NCBI GenBank assembly: GCA_963706575.1
Contig: CAVPNL010000003.1
Span: forward strand, 352,001-416,000
Source: an uncultured delta proteobacterium
GTDB lineage: Bacteria; Desulfobacterota; Desulfobacteria; Desulfobacterales; JAHEIW01
Direction: 5' to 3'
DNA: 64,000 nt
In this document: in pieces, positions 19,217-28,923 of the stretch
How positions within the stretch are numbered: position 1 is the stretch's first letter
How the letters are laid out: every line of letters starts with the position of its first letter
Made by a program: the position numbers and the translations under genes
The notes under the pieces: model-generated
Seen by the model: the letters and a program-made list of their open reading frames with translations, nothing else
Told to the model about the DNA's origin: nothing
Databases searched by the model: none

Positions 19217-21634
19217 CTATTTGCGTTTGGTTTTTGTCCGCTTTAATTTGCGCCGGGTTTTAGTCCCAATAATAGCCCGTGTCACAACCTCAGACATTTG
19301 TTTTACGGGGACAAACTCAATTTTGCGCCTAAGATGGTGGGGCAATTCAGAGAGTTCTTTTTTGTTTTTCTCGGGTATGATGACAGTTCGAATTCCCGCC
19401 CGCATGGCACCCAGGGCCTTTTCTTTTAAACCGCCAATGGGAAGAACTCGGCCTCTCAGCGTGATTTCACCGGTCATGGCCACATCACTGCGAACGGCTC
19501 TGTTTGTTAATGCGGATATGAGCGCTGTCGCCATGGCGATGCCTGCAGACGGGCCGTCTTTGGGAATAGCGCCTGCCGGGACATGAATATGGATATCAGA
19601 ATTATCGAATTTCTTTTCATCCAACCCCAATAACGCCAGATTCGCCCGCGCATAACTTACCGCCGCCCGGGCGGATTCCTGCATCACATCCCCCAGTTGC
19701 CCGGTCACAATCAAATCACCCTTTCCGCCGATCAATGATGCTTCAACATACAGCGCCTCTCCGCCGGCCTGAGTCCAGGCCAGACCGGTAGATAGGCCGA
19801 CCTGGTTCTCTTCCTTATCCATTTCCGGACCATATTTGGGGACCCCCAGATATTTATGCAGGTTGGTCTTGGTAATTGCAAAGGGTCCTTTTTGACCTTC
19901 AGCAATTTTACGCGCCACTTTGCGGCAGATTGCACCAATCTCCCTTTCAAGGTTTCGCAGCCCCGCTTCGGATGTATATTCCGTAATCATCTGCTGCAGT
20001 GCTCCTGCGCTTATAGTCGTCGAGCGGGCTTTAAGGCCATTTTCTTGGATCTGGCGAGGAATAAGATAATTTTTGGCGATCACGATCTTCTCTTCTGAAG
20101 TGTAACCGCTAAGCGGGATAACCTCCATCCGATCCAGCAAGGCTGAGGGGATGGTATCCGTTAAATTCGCAGTTAGAATAAACACCACTTTAGACAGATC
20201 AAACGGTATGTTGATGAAATGATCGCTGAAGGCAAAATTTTGCTCCGGATCCAGTGCTTCTAACAGCGCCGAAGACGGATCTCCCCGAAAATCAGCACCC
20301 AGCTTGTCAATTTCATCCATCATAAAAACCGGATTGTTGCTGCCACACTGCTTCAGACCCTGCAAAATACGGCCGGGCAAGGCGCCAATATAGGTCCGCC
20401 GATGACCCCTGATTTCGGCCTCGTCGCGGATTCCGCCTAGCGAAATTCGAATAAACTTGCGTTTTAGGGCCCGGGCGATGGATTGGCCCAGCGAGGTCTT
20501 GCCGACACCGGGAGGGCCCACAAAACAAAGAATCGGGCCTTTCATCTTGGGGTTCAGTTTGCGGACGCTCAGATATTCAAGGATACGATCTTTTACCTTG
20601 TTTAATCCGTAATGATCTTTTTCCAACACAGATTTAGCCCCGGCAATATCAAAGCGATCTCGCGATGATTTAGCCCACGGCAGATCAACTAACCAGTCGA
20701 GATAGGTGCGCGACACGGTTGCTTCAGCAGAGTCGGGATGCATCTGTTCGAGGCGTTTGAGCTGTTTGATGGCTTCTTTGTCCGCCTCTTTAGGCATCTT
20801 GGCACGCTTGATTTTTTTGTGGTAATCTTCAATCTCAACGGTCTTGTCATCCTGATCCCCGAGCTCTTTGTAAATGGCCCTGACCTGCTCGCGCAAAAAA
20901 TAATCTCGCTGGGATTTGAAGATTTCATCTTTTACCTCGGATTCGATTTTGGCCTGAACCGTTGAAAGGTCGAGTTCTCTTGAGAGCAAATCATTTACTT
21001 TTTTGAGACGCTCGACCGGCTCGGCCAATTCAAGAAGCTCCTGCGAATCCTGAATTTTGAGTTTTAGATTGGATGCCGCCAGATCCGCCAGCTTGCCGGG
21101 CGCTTCAATGCTATCTAAAATGGTGCTGATATCGCCGGACATCTCTCCGCGCAACGAAAGGATCTTTTCTGAATTTTCCCTGACAGTCCTCATCAGAGCC
21201 TCGATTTCCAGATTGATCTCGCCGGAGGGCTGTTCTTCAACTTTTTCAATTTTGACGCGATAAAAGGACCGTTTTCTGAGGTAACGCATAATTTTGGCCT
21301 TGGCAACGCCCTGCACCAGCGCTTTGACGCGGCCATCCGGCAATTTCAACATTCGCAGCACCCGGCTCACCGTGCCGACAGCATATATGTCATCGGTAGC
21401 CGGATCTTCGATTGCGGGATCCTTTTGGGTCGCCAGCATTAAAAACCCGTCCTTGGCCACACCTTCTTCAACCGCTCGGATCGATTTATCGCGACCGACA
21501 AACAACGGCAGCACCATGTCACAGAAAACGACGACATCACGAACGGGCAGTAAAGGAAGGGAAGTCGGAATTTCAAGATTTGCGCCATCGTCTTCGATGA
21601 GGCTGATCAAATCATCATTATCGCTTTGTGCCAT
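19217..21634 (-). CDS. lon: ATP-dependent protease La
   Basis: LON N-domain, GPPGVGKT, DEIDK, PKDGPSAG, IGGLKEK. Confidence 0.98.
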   Translation of the reverse strand: MAQSDNDDLISLIEDDGANLEIPTSLPLLPVRDVVVFCDMVLPLFVGRDKSIRAVEEGVAKDGFLMLATQKDPAIEDPATDDIYAVGTVSRVLRMLKLPDGRVKALVQGVAKAKIMRYLRKRSFYRVKIEKVEEQPSGEINLEIEALMRTVRENSEKILSLRGEMSGDISTILDSIEAPGKLADLAASNLKLKIQDSQELLELAEPVERLKKVNDLLSRELDLSTVQAKIESEVKDEIFKSQRDYFLREQVRAIYKELGDQDDKTVEIEDYHKKIKRAKMPKEADKEAIKQLKRLEQMHPDSAEATVSRTYLDWLVDLPWAKSSRDRFDIAGAKSVLEKDHYGLNKVKDRILEYLSVRKLNPKMKGPILCFVGPPGVGKTSLGQSIARALKRKFIRISLGGIRDEAEIRGHRRTYIGALPGRILQGLKQCGSNNPVFMMDEIDKLGADFRGDPSSALLEALDPEQNFAFSDHFINIPFDLSKVVFILTANLTDTIPSALLDRMEVIPLSGYTSEEKIVIAKNYLIPRQIQENGLKARSTTISAGALQQMITEYTSEAGLRNLEREIGAICRKVARKIAEGQKGPFAITKTNLHKYLGVPKYGPEMDKEENQVGLSTGLAWTQAGGEALYVEASLIGGKGDLIVTGQLGDVMQESARAAVSYARANLALLGLDEKKFDNSDIHIHVPAGAIPKDGPSAGIAMATALISALTNRAVRSDVAMTGEITLRGRVLPIGGLKEKALGAMRAGIRTVIIPEKNKKELSELPHHLRRKIEFVPVKQMSEVVTRAIIGTKTRRKLKRTKTKRK

Positions 21635-21910
21635 TTTAGCTCCAGGAAATTGCTGCGGGATTCAAGGTCCACCCTTTTTTTGCCGAAACTATATAATATT
21701 GGTCTTGCTTGCAGCGGGTTGCAAATCCAGGCCGATTTATAATAAGACAGAATTTCACTTTGACAATATCCATCTTATTTTTTTATGAAACACCTCGATA
21801 CTGGAAAAAATTCATTTTTTATTGCTAAAGCTGACATAACCCTACACCTGGCACACTGACATTTGCAGATGGCAGGCATGCAATCACTCAAAAACGGGGG
21901 CAGATAAACG

Positions 21911-22693
21911 ATGATAGCACCCTATTTAGCTGAATTTTTAATCTTTATTTTTGGTCTGTGTATCGGAAGCTTTTTAAATGTATGCATCTACCGGCTTCCG
22001 GAATCAAAGTCAATTGTCCATCCCCGTTCGATGTGCCCCAAATGTGAGACCCTTATCCCTTTTTACGACAATATACCGATTTTAAGCTATATCGTCCTTG
22101 GAGGGAAATGTCGTCATTGCAAGGCGCCCATCTCGTTTCGCTATCCCGTAATCGAATTTATGAGTGGAATGTTTGCGGTAGGCGTTTTTCTTAAGTACGG
22201 CATCACCTTTGAAGCGCTGATTTATTACACCTTTGTTACTGCTTTGCTGGTCATCACTTTTATTGATATTGATCACCAGATTATCCCTGATGTGATCACC
22301 CTGCCGGGAATACCCATTTTCTTTGCCGCCAGTTTGGCCCTTCCGAAAATTACCTTAGTGGAGTCCATCCTCGGAATTTTAATCGGAGGCGGAAGCTTAT
22401 TTTTGGTCGCCTGGTTGTATCATCTGCTGACCCGTAAAGAAGGCATGGGCGGCGGAGATATTAAACTTTTGGCCATGATGGGCGCCGTTATTGGATGGCA
22501 GGGGGTTTTGTTCACGATATTTGTGGCATCAGCCATAGGCACGGTCTCAGGCTTACTTCTCATGCTCAAAACCCGTAAAACGATGAAGCTGGCGATTCCA
22601 TTCGGCCCCTTCCTGGCTATTGGCGGTACGGCATACATTTTTTTTGGTCCCCAATTGATTACCTGGTATTTTAATCTGTTAAGACCGTCATGA
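21911..22693 (+). CDS. pilD: Prepilin peptidase / N-methyltransferase
   Basis: GSFLNVCIYRLP, two CxxC motifs, IDIDHQIIPD, GMGGGDIKL, IPFGPFL. Confidence 0.95.
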   Translation: MIAPYLAEFLIFIFGLCIGSFLNVCIYRLPESKSIVHPRSMCPKCETLIPFYDNIPILSYIVLGGKCRHCKAPISFRYPVIEFMSGMFAVGVFLKYGITFEALIYYTFVTALLVITFIDIDHQIIPDVITLPGIPIFFAASLALPKITLVESILGILIGGGSLFLVAWLYHLLTRKEGMGGGDIKLLAMMGAVIGWQGVLFTIFVASAIGTVSGLLLMLKTRKTMKLAIPFGPFLAIGGTAYIFFGPQLITWYFNLLRPS

Positions 22694-22789
22694 AAATTGC
22701 AACAAATCAAAATACCTGATCTGGGACTCCGTCGAAGATACGGTATATGTTTCATACCAAACACCAAACACTTGATGAATTCAGCTTTT

Positions 22790-23335
22790 TTAGTTTTTGG
22801 CCTCCTCACCCAACCCAAGCCCGATATCCAGTGCTTTGCGGTTCATATCCAGGAAGTCGGCCGGAATTCGGGTTTCAAGCGACTTCATAATGGATTCGGG
22901 TTTCACCAGACCGGTTAAGCCAATAACGGCCCCGAGCATGCAAATATTAAAAACAATGGGGTTGCCGATTTTGGCCATTACGGTTTCATACATCTCTAAT
23001 TCTCTTTGCTGGGCATCGACCTTTTTTTCAGTTTGCACAAATCGGGTATCGGTAATCAATAAGCCCCCCGGTCGAACAATCGGATAAAACTTACCATAGG
23101 CGGCCTGGGTCAAACAGACCAGCACATTGGGCTGAATCACTTTTGGAAAATGAATGATTGAGTCGGATATGATGACATCGGAGCGAGTTGCTCCGCCCCT
23201 GGCCTCGGCACCGTATGATTGGGATTGAACGGCAGTCAGGTTTTCGTAAAGCACCGCTGCTTCGGACAGAATAATGGATGCGGTGATGACCCCCTGCCCG
23301 CCCGATCCTGAAAATACCATCCTGCATCTTTCCAT
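22790..23335 (-). CDS. korC: 2-oxoacid:ferredoxin oxidoreductase gamma subunit
   Basis: GSGGQGV, QSYGAEARGG. Confidence 0.88.
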   Translation of the reverse strand: MERCRMVFSGSGGQGVITASIILSEAAVLYENLTAVQSQSYGAEARGGATRSDVIISDSIIHFPKVIQPNVLVCLTQAAYGKFYPIVRPGGLLITDTRFVQTEKKVDAQQRELEMYETVMAKIGNPIVFNICMLGAVIGLTGLVKPESIMKSLETRIPADFLDMNRKALDIGLGLGEEAKN

Positions 23336-23337
23336 CT

Positions 23338-24141
23338 TTAACGACCTTTCATCGCGTTTTGAACCACTTTATCATATTGGCTGCAATATTCCGGCATCTC
23401 TTTTTGTACAAAAATACCGCGCTCCAGCAAATCGGGATTCTCTTTTTTGGCATTTGAACCAATCGTTGTGGTATTTTTCTTAAAGTACTGAATCATATCG
23501 ACTGCATCACCGGTTTTGTTTTTGCGGCCAAAATAGGTCGGGCACTGGGACAAAATTTCCACCACCGAAAAGCCCTCGTGCAGGACGGCCTGTCGGATGA
23601 TATCGGTCATCTGCTGAATGTGGTAGGTGGTGGTTCGCGCCACAAACGTCGCACCGGCGGCTTTTGCCAGCTCAACGACATCAAAGCTGGGATCAATCGT
23701 CAGATAGGGCGCGGTGGTAGCGCGGATGTTCTCACCCGATAAGGGCGAGTACTGACCGCCGGTCATGCCGTAAATTCGGTTGTTCATGACAATGGCGGTG
23801 ATATCAATATTTCGGCGGGCTGCATGAATAAAATGATTGCCCCCAATCGCCAGTGCGTCGCCATCCCCCATGGGAACAATCAGATTCAGTTCCGGACGCG
23901 CCATTTTAACACCCGTCGCAAAGGCCAGCGCCCGACCGTGAATGGTATGCAGGGTGTGAAAGTCGACATAGCCGGTTATCCTCGATGAACAGCCGATACC
24001 GGAAACCATCACAATCTCGTTTTTGCTCATACCCAGTTTTTCAATGGCACCGAGGAGCCCGTTTAAAACCGTGCCGTGACCGCATCCGGGACACCACAGG
24101 TGAGGAAAAAACCGTTCACGCAAATAATCTTTAATCGCCAT
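23338..24141 (-). CDS. korB: 2-oxoacid:ferredoxin oxidoreductase beta subunit
   Basis: WCPGCG, SGIGCS, HGRA, GDGD TPP motif, YGMTGGQ. Confidence 0.9.
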   Translation of the reverse strand: MAIKDYLRERFFPHLWCPGCGHGTVLNGLLGAIEKLGMSKNEIVMVSGIGCSSRITGYVDFHTLHTIHGRALAFATGVKMARPELNLIVPMGDGDALAIGGNHFIHAARRNIDITAIVMNNRIYGMTGGQYSPLSGENIRATTAPYLTIDPSFDVVELAKAAGATFVARTTTYHIQQMTDIIRQAVLHEGFSVVEILSQCPTYFGRKNKTGDAVDMIQYFKKNTTTIGSNAKKENPDLLERGIFVQKEMPEYCSQYDKVVQNAMKGR

Positions 24142-24144
24142 GAC

Positions 24145-25293
24145 TTAAACCCCCTTTCCCTGGATCACCCGCAGGATATTCATGATATCCGATGGCGCGA
24201 TAAAACTGCCGTCAATCCGATTGGCCAGAAACACCTTGTCGGGTTGATCCACCGCCAGTTTCACGGCCTGCATAATCTGGCCCATATTCTGTTCCACAAC
24301 AACGACGGATTTTACATGGGCGCATTTTTCCCGTACAATTTTTTCCGGAAATGGCCATAACGTCTGCAGCTCCAGCAGGCCCAGGCGCTCGCCGCGTAAC
24401 CTTCTATCTTCGACAGTATGGTGGGCGGAGCGGGCTGCAGAGCCGTAAGACAGCAATAACTGCTCGGCATCTTCGGTATAATATTCCTTGTAGCGTGCCA
24501 ACTCATGCGCCCGGTTCTCGAGTTTATCGACCAGATGACGCAGCAAATCATGGACGGCCCCGGGATCACTGGATGGAAATCCCCACATGTCGTGAAACAG
24601 CCCGGTAACGTTGAAGCGGTGAACACCGCCGAAATCAGACATGGGCAGCCGACCATCTTCGCGCGGCAGATAGGGGTGATAATCGACGCCCTGTTTGACG
24701 GTGGTTTTTAAACGTTCGACCAGCGCAATTTCACCGGGTTGCGGAACCACGAAACGCTCCCGCATATGGGCAACAACTTCGTCCAGCAGCAAAATTACCG
24801 GCGTCCGGTAAATTTCGGCTAAATTAAAGGCCTCCACGGTAATAGCGAAAATATCCTGGTGATTGGAAGCCGTCAGTGCAATGATGGCATGATCGCCGTG
24901 CGTCCCCCAGCGGGCCTGATTAACGTCCCCCTGGCTGCCGTGGGTCGGTAATCCGGTGGATGGCCCGCCGCGCTGCACGTTGACAATGACACACGGAATT
25001 TCAGCCATAATGGCATACCCCAGCGCTTCCTGCATCAAGGAAAAGCCGGGCCCGCTGGTGGCTGTCATCACTTTGCTGCCGGTTAGCGAAGCGCCGATAA
25101 TAGCACACAGCGATGCGATTTCATCTTCCATCTGAATGAATTTCCCACCGATTTGCGGCAGCCGATAGGCTAAGGTTTCGGTAATTTCAGAAGACGGTGT
25201 TATCGGGTAGCCGGCGTAAAAATTAAGCCCGGCATACAAGGCCGCTTCAGCGCAGGCCTCGTTGCCTTGGACAAATTTTATGTTCTCGCTCAT
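24145..25293 (-). CDS. korA: 2-oxoacid:ferredoxin oxidoreductase alpha subunit
   Basis: YPITP, QMEDE, TSGPGFSLM, QRGGPSTGLPT. Confidence 0.9.
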   Translation of the reverse strand: MSENIKFVQGNEACAEAALYAGLNFYAGYPITPSSEITETLAYRLPQIGGKFIQMEDEIASLCAIIGASLTGSKVMTATSGPGFSLMQEALGYAIMAEIPCVIVNVQRGGPSTGLPTHGSQGDVNQARWGTHGDHAIIALTASNHQDIFAITVEAFNLAEIYRTPVILLLDEVVAHMRERFVVPQPGEIALVERLKTTVKQGVDYHPYLPREDGRLPMSDFGGVHRFNVTGLFHDMWGFPSSDPGAVHDLLRHLVDKLENRAHELARYKEYYTEDAEQLLLSYGSAARSAHHTVEDRRLRGERLGLLELQTLWPFPEKIVREKCAHVKSVVVVEQNMGQIMQAVKLAVDQPDKVFLANRIDGSFIAPSDIMNILRVIQGKGV

Positions 25294-25302
25294 ATCATAA
25301 GC

Positions 25303-25518
25303 CTATTCATTATTTTCGATCGTTTCGATCTCTATTGCAAAATCCGGGCAGCGCAACTCACAAAGCCTGCAACAGATACAGTCTTGTGGGCGCACCGCCG
25401 AGACCTTGTCCTGATCGTCTAATTCCAGAACCTTTTTCGGGCAAAGCGCAACACATATGCCGCATCCCTTGCACCAATCCCGGTTTATATGATGCTTTTT
25501 TAGTTTTGGTTTGGCCAT
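25303..25518 (-). CDS. korD: 2-oxoacid:ferredoxin oxidoreductase delta subunit (2x[4Fe-4S])
   Basis: CKGCGICVALCP, CICCRLCELRCPDFAI. Confidence 0.88.
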   Translation of the reverse strand: MAKPKLKKHHINRDWCKGCGICVALCPKKVLELDDQDKVSAVRPQDCICCRLCELRCPDFAIEIETIENNE

Positions 25519-25655
25519 CTAAAATCCCTCGGCTTTGAATAAATTACCTTTTGATTCGAATAATAGAAAATTCTTCTCGCTGCGCTTCGATTAAAACCTG
25601 CGAAACCCAGTCATTTCCGGGGTTGAGTTTTTTTCATGGGAACAGGTAAAGGGGC

Positions 25656-25684
25656 TCAATATTGATTTTAGGTATGATTGTCAA
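25656..25684 (-). promoter_or_regulatory. Candidate sigma70 promoter for korDABC
   Basis: Minus strand TTGACA-17 bp-TATTGA. Confidence 0.4.
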
Positions 25685-25719
25685 GAAAAACAAGGCCCTA
25701 AATCGTTTTCTTGCGGCTT

Positions 25720-28287
25720 CTAATTACTTTGCCGCAACCAGTGCACGCTATTGGATCGGCATTCAGGGCAGATCCGTTCACGGTTCACACTGAAAATACT
25801 GTCCCAATGATGCCCGCAGCGCATGCACGCAAATTCGGTCTTTTTTTCTTCGTTGGCAGGCTTCGGGTTGCGAGGACGCGGTACGCGTGCTTTTGCCAGA
25901 AGTTCTCGCGTCAGTTCCAATTCTTCCGGGGTCACCATCTCACGTTTTTTCTCAACAGCCTGCATAATGGTTTGCCAGCGGCCGCCCTCGGCAGCGGAAC
26001 ACCATTCCAACAATAGCCGGTCAGCGCGGACACCGGATTTTTCCAGGCCATCCCACAGACCGTCCATCCGCCGCACCGTGCTGCGGTTCGCGTCAATGTA
26101 ATGGCAGTCAACGTAATGGCAACCGGACACCAAGACGACCGGCGCACCCTTTTGAAATGAATACCACACGAATTCCGGATTCACCCGCCCCGAGCACATC
26201 GTGCGGATAATTCGCGCATTGGGTGGATATTCCAAACGGCTCACGCCGGCCGTATCTGCCCCGGCGTATGAGCACCATTTGCAGGCAAAAGTGACGATTT
26301 TTTTCTGAGGGTCTTCTTCCAGCATGGCGTCGATCTGAGAATATATTGCCTGGTCTGAAGAGTGCCGCATTTCAATTGCCCCAAATTTGCACTCGGCAGC
26401 GCAAGTCCCGCAACCGGCGCAAGCCGCACTGATGATCTGAGGGGGTTGCTTTTTTTGCCAGGTGATTGCACCAAACGGGCAAACATGAGCACATTGTCCG
26501 CATTTTGTACAGGCCGCTTCATACACACTGGCCGTAATCGCTTCCACCGCAAATTGATCTTTACGCAACAGAATCGAAGCGTGTATGCTCGCAGCGCTGG
26601 CCTGGGTAACACTCTCACGAACGTCCTTGGGACTTTCGGCAGCGCCGGCAATGAATACCCCTTTGGTGGGCGTCTCTACCGGACGCAGTTTTGCATGCGC
26701 TTCCTTTAAGAAACCGTTCGGTGATTTAGAGATACTCACCATTTGCCGAATGGTTTCTGTTTCAATCGCCGGCGTTGCACCCACTGCCAGAACCAGCATA
26801 TCGAATTCGTGTTTCTCAAGGCGCTTTTTGATGGTATTTTCAACGGTAACCATCAGGCTGCGGGTTTGGGGATCTTCTTGAACATCACCCGGCAAGCCAC
26901 GGACATAGCGCACCCCGCTGCCCCGCGTTCGCATCAGAAGCTCTTCAAATCCCTTACCGTAAGCCCGCAGGTCAATGTAAAAAACGGTAATTTCCGTATC
27001 GGGGTAGTTGTCCTTAAGGTACTGTGCGCCTTTGATGGTGTTCATACAACAAATATTGGAACAATAGGGATTGCCCCGTTTGGGATCCTGGGTCCGCGAT
27101 CCAACACATTGGATAAATCCGATCCGATGGGGCCTGGCCTGGTCACTGGGTCGACCAAGGTGTCCCATCAAAGGCCCGCCGGTGGAAATCAGCCGTTCAA
27201 ATTCGATGCTGGTAACCACATTGACAAAACGGGTGTAGCCGTATTCATCCAGCGACGTGGGGTCATACACGTCCATGCCGGTGGCCACAATGATCGCGCC
27301 GACCTCAACTTCGAGAAGTTCATCCTCCTGGTCAAAATCAATACATTTCTTATCGCAAACTTCGAGACACTTCCCGCAAGCGATCGGATTGGCACCAAGA
27401 CAGTCTTGGGCCGAGATTAGATAGGCGGAAGGGACAGCCTGCGGAAAAGGAATATATATCGCCCGACGACTGCTCAAACCCATCTGGAATTCGTCGGCAA
27501 TAACGACCGGGCAAACAGTTGCGCAATCACCGCAGGAGACGCAGGCCTGCTCGTCAACGTAGCGGGCTTTTTTGCGAATGCGGGCCTTGAAGTTGCCCAC
27601 ATATCCGGTTACATCTTCTAATTGAGAATGGGTCAGCAGTTCAATTTTGGGATGTCGACCGACATCCATCATCTTGGGGCCCAAAATTCAGATACTGCAC
27701 TCGATGTCAGGATAGACTTTGTCAAGCTGCGCCATAATACCGCCAATCGATGGCGTTTTTTCGACCAGATAGACCTGATGTCCCGCATCGGCCAAATCCA
27801 ATGCTGCCTGCATACCGGCCACCCCACCGCCGACGACCAGGGCGGCATCCTTGACCGGAATTTGCTCTTCATCCTGCGGGTAAAGCCATCTGGCTCGCGC
27901 TACGGCCACTTTAACAATGTCTTTGGCCTTTACGGTGGCTTCGTCGGGGTCCGAGGTCACCCAGGAACAGTGTTCACGGATGTTGGCCATCTCCAACAGG
28001 TATTGGTTAAGCCCTGCGTCCTGAATACATTGCCGGAATATCGGCTCATATGACGATGGTGAACACGATGCAACCACGATCCGGTTGAGCCGATGCTCGA
28101 AAATCGCTCGTTGAATCTCCTGCTGCCCCGGATCCGCACAGGTATATTTATTGCGAATCGATAAAACAACACCCGACAGGTCCTCGGCAAACTTGCGCAC
28201 CTCCTCGGTGTCCAGAAAACCAGCAATATTTGAACCGCAATCGCACACGAAAACGCCGATACGTAAATCTTCTTTTGCCAACGTCAA
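25720..28287 (-). CDS. hdrA: Selenocysteine-containing HdrA-like flavoprotein fused to MvhD and a C-terminal Zn-ribbon (855 aa)
   Basis: ORFs 27688..28287 and 25720..27684 are one frame joined by TGA 27688-27690 (DKVYPDIECSI-U-ILGPKMMDVGRHP). Also GVFVCDCG, NIREHCSW, GGGVAG, QCVGSR, YCSNICC, ferredoxin motifs, MvhD CKWCSY/MCSGR/GCHYVDCHY, and a CMRC..CPEC tail. Confidence 0.92.
27643..27688 (-). promoter_or_regulatory. Bacterial SECIS element
   Basis: After the UGA: lower stem AAUUUUGGG/CCCAAAAUU and apical stem GGAUGUC-GGUC-GACAUCC. The G-initiated loop starts 27 nt after the UGA. Confidence 0.85.
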
Positions 28288-28383
28288 CCTCCTTGGATAA
28301 AATCAGGCATCGCCTGTCATACGGATGCACGCCCAAACGAAAATCGTCATCATAGATGGACACATCTCATGAATTAAATGTGA

Positions 28384-28863
28384 TCATCGAGTCGGATCGG
28401 TTTTGTCTCGCTGCCACATTTCATATTTTTGATCGCGAATAAATTCTTTGTCTTTCCAGGTTTTGCGATCACGGATAGTTTGTTCGACTGCGTCTTGAAA
28501 TGATCGTCGGAAATCATCTGAATCAAATTGGGCTTTACTTAAAAAATCAAAGGCCTGAAACTCTTTAAAGGCCTTGCGCTGAGTTTCCATGGTTCCATAT
28601 CCGGTAACCATGATAACCCGTGTAAAGGAAAGTCGTTTGCGGATTTCAGCCAGCAAACGCATCCCGTCTTCATTGTTTTCCTCGGTCTCTACCAGGCGGA
28701 TATCCAATATGACCAGGTCCAGATCTTTATTTTCATCGATGTAGGCCAGGGCGGCCTCTCTGGTACTCACCGATTCGACCAGATGTCCCTCCCGTTCGAT
28801 TAAACCGCTTAGCATGTTGCGCCAATCGGAATAGTCATCTACAATTAAAATTTTACCTCGCAT
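28384..28863 (-). CDS. Stand-alone response regulator (receiver domain)
   Basis: ILIVDD, LVILDI, DGM, MVTGY, FLSK; no output domain. Confidence 0.92.
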   Translation of the reverse strand: MRGKILIVDDYSDWRNMLSGLIEREGHLVESVSTREAALAYIDENKDLDLVILDIRLVETEENNEDGMRLLAEIRKRLSFTRVIMVTGYGTMETQRKAFKEFQAFDFLSKAQFDSDDFRRSFQDAVEQTIRDRKTWKDKEFIRDQKYEMWQRDKTDPTR

Positions 28864-28923
28864 TTTTTTCTCCCGGGTTTTATTTTTCTTCGGTTGTCTC
28901 CACTGCCGAATTACCGCTTTGGA

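Noticed and set aside
15626..19586. Long antisense ORFs (15626..16228, 16540..17247, 18951..19586) and similar shadows such as 26743..27420
   Set aside because: They lie opposite well-conserved genes and carry no recognisable motifs.
21848..21867. sigma54 promoter upstream of pilD (TGGCAC...TTGCA)
   Set aside because: There are 13 nt between GG and GC instead of the required 10.
25720..28287. hdrA as a nonsense pseudogene or two separate genes
   Set aside because: The TGA is at a conserved Cys column, the frame is continuous and a SECIS hairpin follows.
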